NCBI GenBank assembly: GCA_028688375.1
Contig: JAQTYG010000004.1
Coordinates: forward strand, 1 to 61,934
Source: Patescibacteria group bacterium
GTDB lineage: Bacteria > Patescibacteriota > Patescibacteriia > Magasanikbacterales > GWA2-37-8
Direction: 5' to 3'
Length of the DNA stretch: 61,934 nucleotides
The translations under genes were made by a program, and so were the position numbers. The first letter of the stretch is position 1, and every line of letters starts with the position of its first letter. Below are positions 33,731-42,638 of the stretch, one piece after another. A model generated the notes under the pieces. The model did not search any database. It saw nothing but the letters and a program-made list of their open reading frames with translations, and was not told the DNA's origin.

Positions 33731-34708
33731 ATGCGTAACATTTCAAAAATCGCCGCCGCCCGATTGACCGGCCGAGGGGGCGCGGAATTTCCCACCGCCT
33801 TCAAATGGCTGGCCGTGGCCAAAGCCAAGTTGGAAAAATTTGACCGCCCGGCTTACATTATTTGCAATGCCACCGAAGGCGAGCCCGGCGTGTTTAAAGA
33901 CAAACATATCCTGCGCTATTTTCCCGGCGAAGTAATCAACGGCATTAGAATCGCGCTGGAAGAATTGGGCGCGGAGAAAGCTTATATTTACGTTCAGCGC
34001 AAAGATTTGAACACCATTAAAAAGCGTCTGACGCCGTTTATTAAAAAATTGCCGATTCGTTTTTTTGCCGAAGACGGTGGTTATCTCTGCGGTGAAGAAA
34101 CCACCCTGCTGGAACAAATGGAGGGCCGTCGCCCTGAACCGCGTCTGCGTCCGCCGTTCCCGACCGAACATGGTTTGCACGGCTGTCCCACCTTGGTCAA
34201 CAACGTGGAGACGTTTTATTACATTTCCCAAATCGTTAAAGACGAATATCGCCACACGCGTTTTTATTGTTTGAGCGGCGCTATCAGAAATCCCGGCGTG
34301 TTTGAGTTGCCGATCGACCTGACCATCGCCGAAGTTTTGAAAAAAACAAAAAATATTCCGCGCTGTAAATTTTTCCTGCAAGTGGGCGGTGGCGCGGCCG
34401 GCGAAATTTTATTACCCGATGAAACCAATCGTCCGTTGAAAGGCGCCGGCGCGATTATTGTGTACGACCGCGCCAAAACCAAACCGCAAGAATTGATGAC
34501 GCGCTGGATTGAATTTTTCTTTAAATCAAACTGCGGGAAATGCGCCCCGTGCCGGGAAGGACTGTACCGCTTGCGTGAGGAACTGAAAAAAGCCAAACCG
34601 GACTGGCTGATGATGCGGGCGATTTTGGAGACCATGCGCGACGCTTCTTTTTGCGCTTTGGGCAAAAGTGTCTATACACCGATGTTGGGTTTATTGGAAA
34701 AAGTATGA
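33731..34708 (+). CDS. NuoF/HydB-like NAD(P)H-binding flavoprotein subunit (short form)
   Basis: RGGAEFPTAFKW, NATEGEPGVFKD, GGYLCGEETTLLEQMEGRRPEPRLRPPFP, TLVNNVETF, and the 4Fe-4S motif NCGKCAPCREG..FCALG. Confidence 0.8.
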   Translation: MRNISKIAAARLTGRGGAEFPTAFKWLAVAKAKLEKFDRPAYIICNATEGEPGVFKDKHILRYFPGEVINGIRIALEELGAEKAYIYVQRKDLNTIKKRLTPFIKKLPIRFFAEDGGYLCGEETTLLEQMEGRRPEPRLRPPFPTEHGLHGCPTLVNNVETFYYISQIVKDEYRHTRFYCLSGAIRNPGVFELPIDLTIAEVLKKTKNIPRCKFFLQVGGGAAGEILLPDETNRPLKGAGAIIVYDRAKTKPQELMTRWIEFFFKSNCGKCAPCREGLYRLREELKKAKPDWLMMRAILETMRDASFCALGKSVYTPMLGLLEKV

Positions 34709-35223
34709 ACATGACGGAACAGGTGGGCGCCATTGCCAAAGAAAAATCGTTCACCGTGGTGGGTACGTTTTTATTACTGTTTGGCGGGGTGATGCTGGCG
34801 CCGCTTTTTCCCAATCAATTTATCGCCGGTCCGATTGTCAACGCTTTGCTTTTTATCGTCACGGTGATGCTCGGTCTGCGCGCCGGCGTGCTGATGTGTT
34901 TTATCCCCAGTTTAATGGCCCTGCTCGGCGGGCTGTTGCCGGCCGTGCTGGCGCCGTTTGTGCCCTTTATCATGTTTGGCAATATTGTCATGGTGGCGCT
35001 GTTTCATTGGTTGCGCGGGCGGAATTTTTGGCTGGCCTCGGGCGCCGGCGGGGTGGCAAAATTTATTTTTTTATTTATCACCAGTCAGTTGTTTTTTAAA
35101 TGGTTTTTGTCCGGCTCGCTGGCGCAAGGCCTGGCTCTGATGCTGTCCTGGAATCAGCTTTACAGCGCGCTGATGGGGGCGATCATTGCGTATGTCTTTC
35201 TCAAGACAATCAAGAGAATTTAG
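34705..35223 (+). CDS. Small polytopic membrane protein (ECF S-component-like, 5-6 TM)
   Basis: ATGA overlap with the upstream stop. 172 aa and almost entirely hydrophobic helices. Family uncertain. Confidence 0.45.
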   Translation: MNMTEQVGAIAKEKSFTVVGTFLLLFGGVMLAPLFPNQFIAGPIVNALLFIVTVMLGLRAGVLMCFIPSLMALLGGLLPAVLAPFVPFIMFGNIVMVALFHWLRGRNFWLASGAGGVAKFIFLFITSQLFFKWFLSGSLAQGLALMLSWNQLYSALMGAIIAYVFLKTIKRI

Positions 35224-35259
35224 TGATAAGGATAAAATTTTTTTAAAAAATAATTTTTT

Positions 35260-35403
35260 AATTTCCAATTTCCAAATCCCAATGTCCAATCAAGCCCCAA
35301 GCCAAAATGTCAAAAAACATGGTGTTATCAAAAAATGGTTTGGAAATTTAGATTTTGGATTTTATTGGAAATTGGTAATTGGAAATTTGACATTTGACCA
35401 AAG
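35260..35403. repeat. Heptad-periodic dyad element D1
   Basis: C/A-rich arm AATTTCC AATTTCC AAATCCC AATGTCC AATCAAG.. then G/T-rich arm ..TTTTGGA..AATTGGT AATTGGA AATTTGA. Confidence 0.7.
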
Positions 35404-35419
35404 TTAAAATCAACGAATT

Positions 35420-37204
35420 ATGTCTAAGAGATTCGACCTTATCATTGATGGCAAAAAAGTCGGTGCCGAAGAGGGGGAGACCATCCTCAAAGTCGCCTGG
35501 CTCAACGGCATTGATATTCCGCATCTGTGTTTTCATCCCGATAACACGGTGCGCGCCAATTGCCGAATGTGCCTGGTGGCGATCAAAGGCGAACGCGCCC
35601 TACAGACGGCTTGTTCCACTTTGGCGGAGGACGGCATGGAGGTAACTACCGTCAACCCGGCGATTAAACGCGACCGCAAGTTTAATTTGGAATTGATTTT
35701 TGGCGAACACGTGGAAGATTGTCCGGTGTGCGTTTGGAATTCACGTTGCGATTTGTTGAAATATCGCAAGCAATATAATTCCAAAATGTTGCGCTTTCCC
35801 GACCGCAAAACCAAACGTCCGATTTACGAATTCGGTCCGATTGTTTTTGACCAAACCAAATGCATTGATTGCCGGAATTGCGTGGATATTTGTCCGACCG
35901 AATATTTGGAAGTGGAGGGCGTTGGTTCGGACATTGGTATCGCCCCGAGCATGGATAGAAAAAAAGATTGTATTTATTGCGGTCAGTGCGTCGTCCATTG
36001 CCCGGCCGGAGCGATTAAAAGCCAGGGAGAATACGGTTCGCAGGCGGCGCTGGAAAATTTATTAAAACAAAAAGATAAAACCGTGGTGGTGCAATTCGCG
36101 CCGGTGATTCGTTCCAGCATCGGCGAGGAAATGGGTTTGCCTTACGGTACTATCGCCACCGGCCAGCTGGTGGCCGGGTTGCGGAAATTCGGCTTTCATA
36201 AAGTGTTTGACACTTCAGTGGCCGCGGATTTTACTACCACCGAAGAAGCGGGCGAAGCAGTGAAACATATCATGTCCGGAAAAAATTTGCCGGTGTTCAC
36301 CTCGTGTTGTCCGTCCTGGGTGCGGTTTATTGAATACAATTATCCGGAATACATAAAAAATATCACTTCGGTTCGCGCGCCGGAAATTATTTTGGGCGGT
36401 TTGGCGAAAACTTATTGGGCGGAGAAAGAGGGTCTGGACCCGAAAAATATTTTTATGGTTTCGGTCATGCCTTGCACTTCAAAAAAGTTTGAAGCCCAGC
36501 GCGTCGAAATGAAAATCAACGGGTTGTATCCGGTGGATATGGTGATTACCACCCGCGAACTGGCTCGGATATTTTTGAATAAAAAGATAAAAATCGCCAA
36601 TTTGGAAGCGGAAGCCGCGGATATGCCATTCGGCGATCCGTCCGGCGCCGGCGTGCTTTATGGCGCCTCCGGCGGAGTGATGGAATCGGCTTTGCGCACC
36701 GCCTATTTCCGCCTGACCGGCGAGGATTTAAAGGATATGGATTTATTCAAAGAAGTGCGCGGACAAGCCGGCATCAAGCGGGCGACAATCAAATTATGCC
36801 AGCCGGTCAAAACCGGCCGAGGCGAATGCGTGGAGATAAAAGCGGCGGCGGTGAATGGCATAAAAAACGCCCGGATTATTTTGGACGAATTAAAACAAGA
36901 CCCGAAGAAATATGATTTTGTGGAAGTGATGGCCTGTCCGAGCGGTTGCGCCGGCGGTGGCGGACAATCGTTACCGGTTAACGAGCAAATCCGCAAAAAA
37001 AGAATTGACGCGCTTTACGCCATTGACCGCGGTAAAAAAATTCGTCTGGCGCACCGCAATCCCGAAGTGATTGAAGTATACGAAAAATATTTTAACACCG
37101 AAGAAAAAAGAAAGAATATTTTTCACACCGGCTTTGGTCAAAAACCCAAAACAAAAATTATCAGCCGAAAGCGAACTAAGGCGGACGGGGCGCTGCATGA
37201 GTGA
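35420..37204 (+). CDS. hydA: [FeFe] hydrogenase catalytic subunit (HydA/HndD-like) with N-terminal 2Fe-2S and 4Fe-4S domains
   Basis: H-cluster motifs TSCCPSWV, MPCTSKKFE and EVMACPSGCAGGGGQ. Ferredoxin motifs CIDCRNCVDICP and CIYCGQCVVHCP. C-terminal small-subunit-like tail. Confidence 0.9.
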   Translation: MSKRFDLIIDGKKVGAEEGETILKVAWLNGIDIPHLCFHPDNTVRANCRMCLVAIKGERALQTACSTLAEDGMEVTTVNPAIKRDRKFNLELIFGEHVEDCPVCVWNSRCDLLKYRKQYNSKMLRFPDRKTKRPIYEFGPIVFDQTKCIDCRNCVDICPTEYLEVEGVGSDIGIAPSMDRKKDCIYCGQCVVHCPAGAIKSQGEYGSQAALENLLKQKDKTVVVQFAPVIRSSIGEEMGLPYGTIATGQLVAGLRKFGFHKVFDTSVAADFTTTEEAGEAVKHIMSGKNLPVFTSCCPSWVRFIEYNYPEYIKNITSVRAPEIILGGLAKTYWAEKEGLDPKNIFMVSVMPCTSKKFEAQRVEMKINGLYPVDMVITTRELARIFLNKKIKIANLEAEAADMPFGDPSGAGVLYGASGGVMESALRTAYFRLTGEDLKDMDLFKEVRGQAGIKRATIKLCQPVKTGRGECVEIKAAAVNGIKNARIILDELKQDPKKYDFVEVMACPSGCAGGGGQSLPVNEQIRKKRIDALYAIDRGKKIRLAHRNPEVIEVYEKYFNTEEKRKNIFHTGFGQKPKTKIISRKRTKADGALHE

Positions 37205-37328
37205 AAACTCCAAACCCCAATGTCCAATGACCAAAAAAATCGCGTGAAAATCCCAAATCACAATTTAACGATTTTGGAAATTAGAGTTTAGAATTTATTT
37301 GGGTTTTGGGGTTTGAGAATTGGGGTTT
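37205..37328 (+). repeat. Heptad-periodic dyad element D2
   Basis: AAACTCC AAACCCC AATGTCC AATGACC.. / ..TTTGGGT TTTGGGG TTTGAGA ATTGGGG. Perfect 10-bp distal stem AAACCCCAAT/ATTGGGGTTT. Starts at the base after the hydA stop. Confidence 0.75.
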
Positions 37329-37363
37329 ATCAAAGTTGATTTGAAAATTATTATAGTGATTAT

Positions 37364-39061
37364 ATGGGATTATTTCAAAAAAAAGAATCTGCGCCCGTGT
37401 ATACATTTTTGGTCGGTGGCCAGGCCGGCGACGGCGCGCGCGAAGCCGGAACGAATCTGGCGCGGCTGGTGGCCGGCATGGGCTATGAGGTTTTTATTTC
37501 TGTGGAATATCCGTCGCTGATTCGGGGCGGGCATAATTTTGCCCGTTTTAGTTTTTCAGCGGAAAAAATTACCGGCGATTATCAGGCGTTAGATGCCATC
37601 GTGGCGTTAAATGAAGAAACCATTCGCTTACATCTGCCGGAATTGAAAAAAGACGGTAAGATTTTCGCCGACGCCCGGGACGCGGCCAAATTTCCGGGCG
37701 CGTTTGGTTTGCCGGTAGTGGAGGCGGCCAAAGCCGTGGGCGCTCCGCCGATTGCCCGCGCGGCCCTGGCTTTGGGCGCGGTCTGCGCCTGCTATGGGAT
37801 TGATTTAAAAAAATTGACGGCGATTTTTGAAGAAATTTTCCAAGACAAAGCCGGAAAAAATATTGAATTGGCGACCGATGGTTTTGATTATTTTAAAGAA
37901 AATTATCAGCCGGTCGCGCCGATCGCGCTGTTGAAAAAATCTAATAAAAAAATAATTGACGGCAATGAAGCGCTGGCCGAAGGCATGATCGCCGGCGGTT
38001 TGAAAAATTATTTCGCTTATCCGATGACGCCGTCCAGTTCTATTTTGCATTATCTGGCCAAACGCGCTCATGATAAAAATTTAAAAGTGATTCAGCCGGA
38101 AAATGAAATCGCCGCCGTTAATATGGCGCTCGGTTCAATTTACGCCGGCGCGCGTACCGCCACCGGTTCCAGCGCCGGCGGGTTCGCTTTGATGTTGGAA
38201 GCGATGGCTTTTGCCGGTATCGCCGAATTGCCGATCGTGGTGGCTGATTCACAGCGAGCCAGCACTTCCACCGGCGTGCCGACGCGCGTCGGCCAGGGCG
38301 ATTTGGATTTTGTTCGCCATTTGCCCGGAGAATTTCCGCGCGTGGTGTTGGCGCCGGGCGATCCGGAAGAAGCGTTTTTGCTCGGTGGGGCGGCCATGAA
38401 TTTGGCCTGGAAATATCAAACTCCGGTGGTGGTTTTGCTGGACAAATATTTATCGGAAAATGCCGTGGCGATTGATTTGCCGTATAATAAAGTAACGGCG
38501 GAAGAAATAAAATTGGGTGACGGTCCGAATTATCGCCGGTATCAACTGTCGGCCGATGGCGTGTCGCCGTTGGCGTTTCCCGGACAAAAAGATACCGTGG
38601 TGAAAATAAACAGCTACGAACATGATGAAGCGGGTTGGATTACCGACCGGCCGGATTTGACCAAAGCGATGACGGAAAAACGGTTCGCGAAAATGTCGGG
38701 CATTATTAAAGAGCGCGACAAAAGCGAGGCGATAAAAATTTATGGCGATAAAAATTCCGATAATGTCGTTTTGTTCTGGGGTTCGGTGAAGAGTCCGTTG
38801 CTGGAAGCGCTCAAACATACGCGCCGACCGTTTAAAGCGGTGCAGGTGGTTTGGCTGGAACCGTTGGCTGACGGCCAATTGACTAAAATTTTAAAACAAG
38901 CGAAAAAAGTTGTGGGCGTGGAAAGTAATTTTACCGGCCAGCTGGCCGGATTGATCCGAGAGAAAACCGGTGTGGCCATAACCAATAAAATTTTGAAATA
39001 CGATTCTTTGCCGTTTGAGCCGATGGACCTCGCTAAACAGCTGGATGCGTTTTTTCGTTAA
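37364..39061 (+). CDS. 2-oxoacid:ferredoxin oxidoreductase, fused gamma-alpha subunit
   Basis: The N-terminal gamma-type GGQAGDG domain is followed by an alpha domain (YPMTPSS..). Followed by the TPP-binding beta subunit. Confidence 0.85.
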   Translation: MGLFQKKESAPVYTFLVGGQAGDGAREAGTNLARLVAGMGYEVFISVEYPSLIRGGHNFARFSFSAEKITGDYQALDAIVALNEETIRLHLPELKKDGKIFADARDAAKFPGAFGLPVVEAAKAVGAPPIARAALALGAVCACYGIDLKKLTAIFEEIFQDKAGKNIELATDGFDYFKENYQPVAPIALLKKSNKKIIDGNEALAEGMIAGGLKNYFAYPMTPSSSILHYLAKRAHDKNLKVIQPENEIAAVNMALGSIYAGARTATGSSAGGFALMLEAMAFAGIAELPIVVADSQRASTSTGVPTRVGQGDLDFVRHLPGEFPRVVLAPGDPEEAFLLGGAAMNLAWKYQTPVVVLLDKYLSENAVAIDLPYNKVTAEEIKLGDGPNYRRYQLSADGVSPLAFPGQKDTVVKINSYEHDEAGWITDRPDLTKAMTEKRFAKMSGIIKERDKSEAIKIYGDKNSDNVVLFWGSVKSPLLEALKHTRRPFKAVQVVWLEPLADGQLTKILKQAKKVVGVESNFTGQLAGLIREKTGVAITNKILKYDSLPFEPMDLAKQLDAFFR

Positions 39062-39079
39062 ATTGTTATCGCGAATTTT

Positions 39080-39111
39080 TTCCTTATTCCTTTTTCCTTA
39101 CTCCTTGTTCT
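39080..39111 (+). repeat. Pyrimidine heptad array TTCCTTA TTCCTTT TTCCTTA CTCCTTG running into the start codon
   Basis: Read directly. Fills most of the 50-nt gap between the OFOR alpha and beta genes. Confidence 0.75.
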
Positions 39112-39882
39112 ATGTTAGAACTCTCCACTACCGCCAAAAATACCTGGTGTCCGGGCTGTACCAATTTCTTTCTTTTGACCGCGTTAAAAAATACGGTCAG
39201 TGATTTGATCGCCGAAGGATATAATAAAGATAATTTTGTTATTTCCGCCGGCATCGGCTGTCACGGAAAATTGCCCGACTACATTAATTTGAATAGTGTG
39301 ATTTCTTTACACGGTCGTGATTTGGCCGCGGCCGAGGGCGTAAAATTAGCCAATCCGAAATTAACGGTGATTGATATCGCCGGCGATGGCGACGCTTATG
39401 CCGAGGGGATTGAACACCTGGTGCATGCCGCCAAACGCAACACCAACGTCACGTTGTTTGTCCACAATAATCAGGTTTTTGGCCTGACTACCGGCCAAGC
39501 CACCCCGACCAGTTTAAAGGGCTATAAAGGCCGTTCTACGCCGTTTGGCACGGTGGAGGAGCCGTTGAACCCGCTGTTGTTAATGCTTGCTTCCGGCGCC
39601 TCTTTTGTCGCCCGCGCCTGGTCGCAGGATATGGACGGCACGCGCGAGATAATGAAACGGGCGATTAAGCATAAAGGGTTTTCCATCGTGGATATTATTC
39701 AGCCGTGCATTTCTTTCAATGACACGCGTGAATTTTTTAAAGACAAAGTATATAATTTGGACGCTGGTTGGCCGACGAATGATTTGGCCAAGGCGATGGA
39801 AAAAGTGCGGGAGAACAGTGGTAAAGTTCCTTGCGGGATTTTTTATGAAGTGAACAAGGAGACTTTTGAGGAAGAAATATAA
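39112..39882 (+). CDS. 2-oxoacid:ferredoxin oxidoreductase beta (TPP-binding) subunit
   Basis: WCPGCTNF and the GDGDAYAEG TPP motif. Confidence 0.88.
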   Translation: MLELSTTAKNTWCPGCTNFFLLTALKNTVSDLIAEGYNKDNFVISAGIGCHGKLPDYINLNSVISLHGRDLAAAEGVKLANPKLTVIDIAGDGDAYAEGIEHLVHAAKRNTNVTLFVHNNQVFGLTTGQATPTSLKGYKGRSTPFGTVEEPLNPLLLMLASGASFVARAWSQDMDGTREIMKRAIKHKGFSIVDIIQPCISFNDTREFFKDKVYNLDAGWPTNDLAKAMEKVRENSGKVPCGIFYEVNKETFEEEI

Positions 39883-39891
39883 TTTGTGAAT

Positions 39892-40002
39892 AATTCAAAA
39901 CTCAAATGTCAAAAGTCAAAATCACAGCCATTAATCTCAAAACCGTACGGAAGTTTAGAGGTTTTTAGTTTTGGTTTTTAGTTTTGGTTTTGAGATTTGA
40001 GA
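39892..40002. repeat. Heptad-periodic dyad element D3
   Basis: AATTCAA AACTCAA ATGTCAA AAGTCAA AATCACA.. / GTTTTTA GTTTTGG.. Perfect 11-bp stem ATCTCAAAACC (39934-39944) / GGTTTTGAGAT (39986-39996). Confidence 0.75.
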
Positions 40003-40031
40003 TAAAAAAATGTGATATTATTTTTCTTACC

Positions 40032-42050
40032 ATGAATCTCACTACACTCTTCAATCCGAAATCAGTGGCTATAATCGGCGCGGCTGATGACCCGAAAAAA
40101 CTCGGCTATGTGATTATGGCCAATCTTTTGGCCGGCGCGCCGAGAAAAATTTATCCGGTCAATCCGGCTTTTAAAAAGGTTTTGAAACTACCGTGTTTGC
40201 CTTCCGTTAAAAATATCAAAGGCGCCATTGATTTGGCGATTATCGCCGTTAAGCCGGAAATTGTGCCGGCGGTGCTGGCCGATTGCGGCGAGAAAAAAAT
40301 TCCGCACGTGATTATTATCACCGCCGGTTTTAAAGAAATAGGCGGAGCGGGCGCGGAGCGGGAAAAAGAATTGAAAAAAATCGCCGCCCAATACAAAATA
40401 AATTTAATCGGGCCGAATTGCCTTGGCGTGATGGACGCGCATTCCGCTTTGGACGCCAGCTTTGGCAATGGTTTGCCGGCCAAAGGTAATTTAGCTTTTG
40501 TTTCGCAGTCCGGCGCAGTCGGCACGGCCACGCTTGATTGGGCGAAAAAAAATAACGTCGGCTTTTCCAAATTTATCTCCATCGGCAATGAAGCCGGCGC
40601 CACCGAGAACGACTTTTTGGAATTTTTGGGCACTGATAAAGACACCCGGGCGATTTTAATGTATTTGGAAGCGGTCACCGACGGCCAGCGCTTCATGAAA
40701 TTGGTGGAAAAAATTTCTAAAATAAAACCGGTGGTGGTGCTGAAAGCCGGTCGGACCGAACGCGGATTGGCCGCGGTCGCTTCGCATACCGGTTCGCTGG
40801 CGCCGTCTCACGAAATTTTTAAAACCGCTTGCAAACAAAGCGGCGCTATTTTGGTTGATTCGCTCGGCGCTATGTTTAATTTGGCGAAATTATTCAATAG
40901 CGGATTTATCAGCGCGCCGAACGATTGGGCGATTTTAACCAATGGCGGCGGGCCGTCCATTGTGATGTCTGACGCGATTGAATCATCGGCTAATTTGCGT
41001 TTGGCGGTGATTTCCGAGACAACGAAAAATAAACTGCGCGCCGTGTTGCCGGCCTCGGCCGCGCTGGGCAATCCGATTGATATTATCGGCGACGCTTTGG
41101 CCGACCGCTACGAAGCGGCGTTGAAAATTTTGACGGCGGAAAAAACTATCGGCGGGCTGGTGGTTTTGTTGACTCCGCAAAAAATGACGGAAATAAAAAA
41201 GACCGCCGAGTTAATCGTTAAATACAAAAAATCCAAACCGATTATGCCGATGTTTATCGGCGGAACGAGCATCGCGCCGGCGGAAAAAGTTTTTGGCGAG
41301 CACGGGCTGGTGAATTTTCTTGACCAGCAGTCGCTGGTGTCCGCCCTCTCGGCTTTGGCTCCGGCACCGAAAAAACATGAAACTAAACACGCCGCGGCTA
41401 AAACATTTTTGCGCCAGCTTTCTTTTACGGATGGCGCTAAATTGCTGAAAGAAGTCGGTCTGTCGGTGGTGGGAGAATTCGTCAGTAAAAAAGAATGGCT
41501 GATCGGCTCGGGCGGTAAAGTTAATTTTCCGGCGGTGATGAAAGTGGTTTCCGCCCAGGTGATTCATAAAAGCGATGCCGGCGGGGTGAAAATAAACATC
41601 AAAGATATTGCCGAAGCGAAAAAGGCCTGGGATGATATGTCGCGGGTCGTGCCGTTGCGCGTGCCCGGCGCAAAGATTGACGGCTTTTTAATTCAACCGA
41701 TGACCAAGGGCAGGGAAGTGATTGTCGGCATGAAACGCGATGCCGTGTTCGGGCCGGTGATTTTGTTCGGTCTTGGCGGTATATTCGTGGAGGCGATTAA
41801 AGACGTGGCTATGCGCATCGCGCCGGTGGGCGAACCGGAAGCGTTGAAAATGCTGGATGAAATTAAGGGCGCGGTGATTTTAAAAGGCGCGCGCGGCGAG
41901 GATAGCGTGGACCGGACGGCGTTGGCGAAAATTATTGTGGCCATTTCCCGTTTGGCGCAAGCTCATCCGGAAATTAAAGAAATTGATTTGAACCCGGTGA
42001 TGGCTACGCCCGACGGCGCGAAAATCGTGGACGCCAGGATTTTGGTTTAA
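40032..42050 (+). CDS. ADP-forming acetyl-CoA synthetase (fused alpha/beta, NDP-forming acyl-CoA synthetase family)
   Basis: CoA-binding N-terminus SVAIIGAADDPKKLGY, a succinyl-CoA-synthetase-like ligase domain, and a C-terminal ATP-grasp. ATG 40032 preferred. Confidence 0.85.
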   Translation: MNLTTLFNPKSVAIIGAADDPKKLGYVIMANLLAGAPRKIYPVNPAFKKVLKLPCLPSVKNIKGAIDLAIIAVKPEIVPAVLADCGEKKIPHVIIITAGFKEIGGAGAEREKELKKIAAQYKINLIGPNCLGVMDAHSALDASFGNGLPAKGNLAFVSQSGAVGTATLDWAKKNNVGFSKFISIGNEAGATENDFLEFLGTDKDTRAILMYLEAVTDGQRFMKLVEKISKIKPVVVLKAGRTERGLAAVASHTGSLAPSHEIFKTACKQSGAILVDSLGAMFNLAKLFNSGFISAPNDWAILTNGGGPSIVMSDAIESSANLRLAVISETTKNKLRAVLPASAALGNPIDIIGDALADRYEAALKILTAEKTIGGLVVLLTPQKMTEIKKTAELIVKYKKSKPIMPMFIGGTSIAPAEKVFGEHGLVNFLDQQSLVSALSALAPAPKKHETKHAAAKTFLRQLSFTDGAKLLKEVGLSVVGEFVSKKEWLIGSGGKVNFPAVMKVVSAQVIHKSDAGGVKINIKDIAEAKKAWDDMSRVVPLRVPGAKIDGFLIQPMTKGREVIVGMKRDAVFGPVILFGLGGIFVEAIKDVAMRIAPVGEPEALKMLDEIKGAVILKGARGEDSVDRTALAKIIVAISRLAQAHPEIKEIDLNPVMATPDGAKIVDARILV

Positions 42051-42085
42051 CAGTTCTCGGTTCACAGTGCGCAGTTCACAGTTCG
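42051..42085 (+). repeat. Five-unit CAGTTCN-family heptamer array
   Basis: CAGTTCT CGGTTCA CAGTGCG CAGTTCA CAGTTCG, starting at the base after the stop codon. Confidence 0.8.
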
Positions 42086-42117
42086 TAACGCAAAATTATG
42101 AAGAAAAAATAAATATT

Positions 42118-42513
42118 ATGGAGGAGGTTTTAAAAAGATTTGTTTCGTGGATAAAAATTAAAGTAAAAATTCACGTATCGGACCGGTTGGTTTATTTTAG
42201 AGAAGGGGAAATTTGGTGGGTGAATTTAGGCGCTAATGTTGGCCATGAGGAAGAGGGCAAAAATGATAATTTTGAACGGCCGGTATTAGTATTGAAAAAA
42301 TTTAATAAACATCTGCTGTGGGCGGTGCCGACCACCACGAAGACCAAAGAGGAAAACCCTTATTATTATCAATATGAACTCGGCGGCATTGAATACGCCG
42401 TCATATTACCCCAGCTTAGAGCTTTGAGTAGTAAAAGATTGATAAGAAAAGTGGGCATATTCCCACTGGTAGATTTCGAAAAAATACGTGAAGAAATGCA
42501 GAAATTGATATAA
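42118..42513 (+). CDS. PemK/MazF-family toxin-like protein (no adjacent antitoxin ORF)
   Basis: GEIWWVNLGANVGHEEEGKNDNFERPVLVL..AVPTTT..VILPQLRALSSKRL follows the MazF/EndoA SH3-like barrel pattern. Confidence 0.6.
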   Translation: MEEVLKRFVSWIKIKVKIHVSDRLVYFREGEIWWVNLGANVGHEEEGKNDNFERPVLVLKKFNKHLLWAVPTTTKTKEENPYYYQYELGGIEYAVILPQLRALSSKRLIRKVGIFPLVDFEKIREEMQKLI

Positions 42514-42638
42514 AAAACGAAACCTACCTTTTGAGGGGTAGGAATCTCGGAGCTACCCCCGAGGGGGCAACCATTTGTAAATATACAATACCACGCCATT
42601 GGCATATTTGTCAACGGCCGTGTGGATAAGCCGAACAT

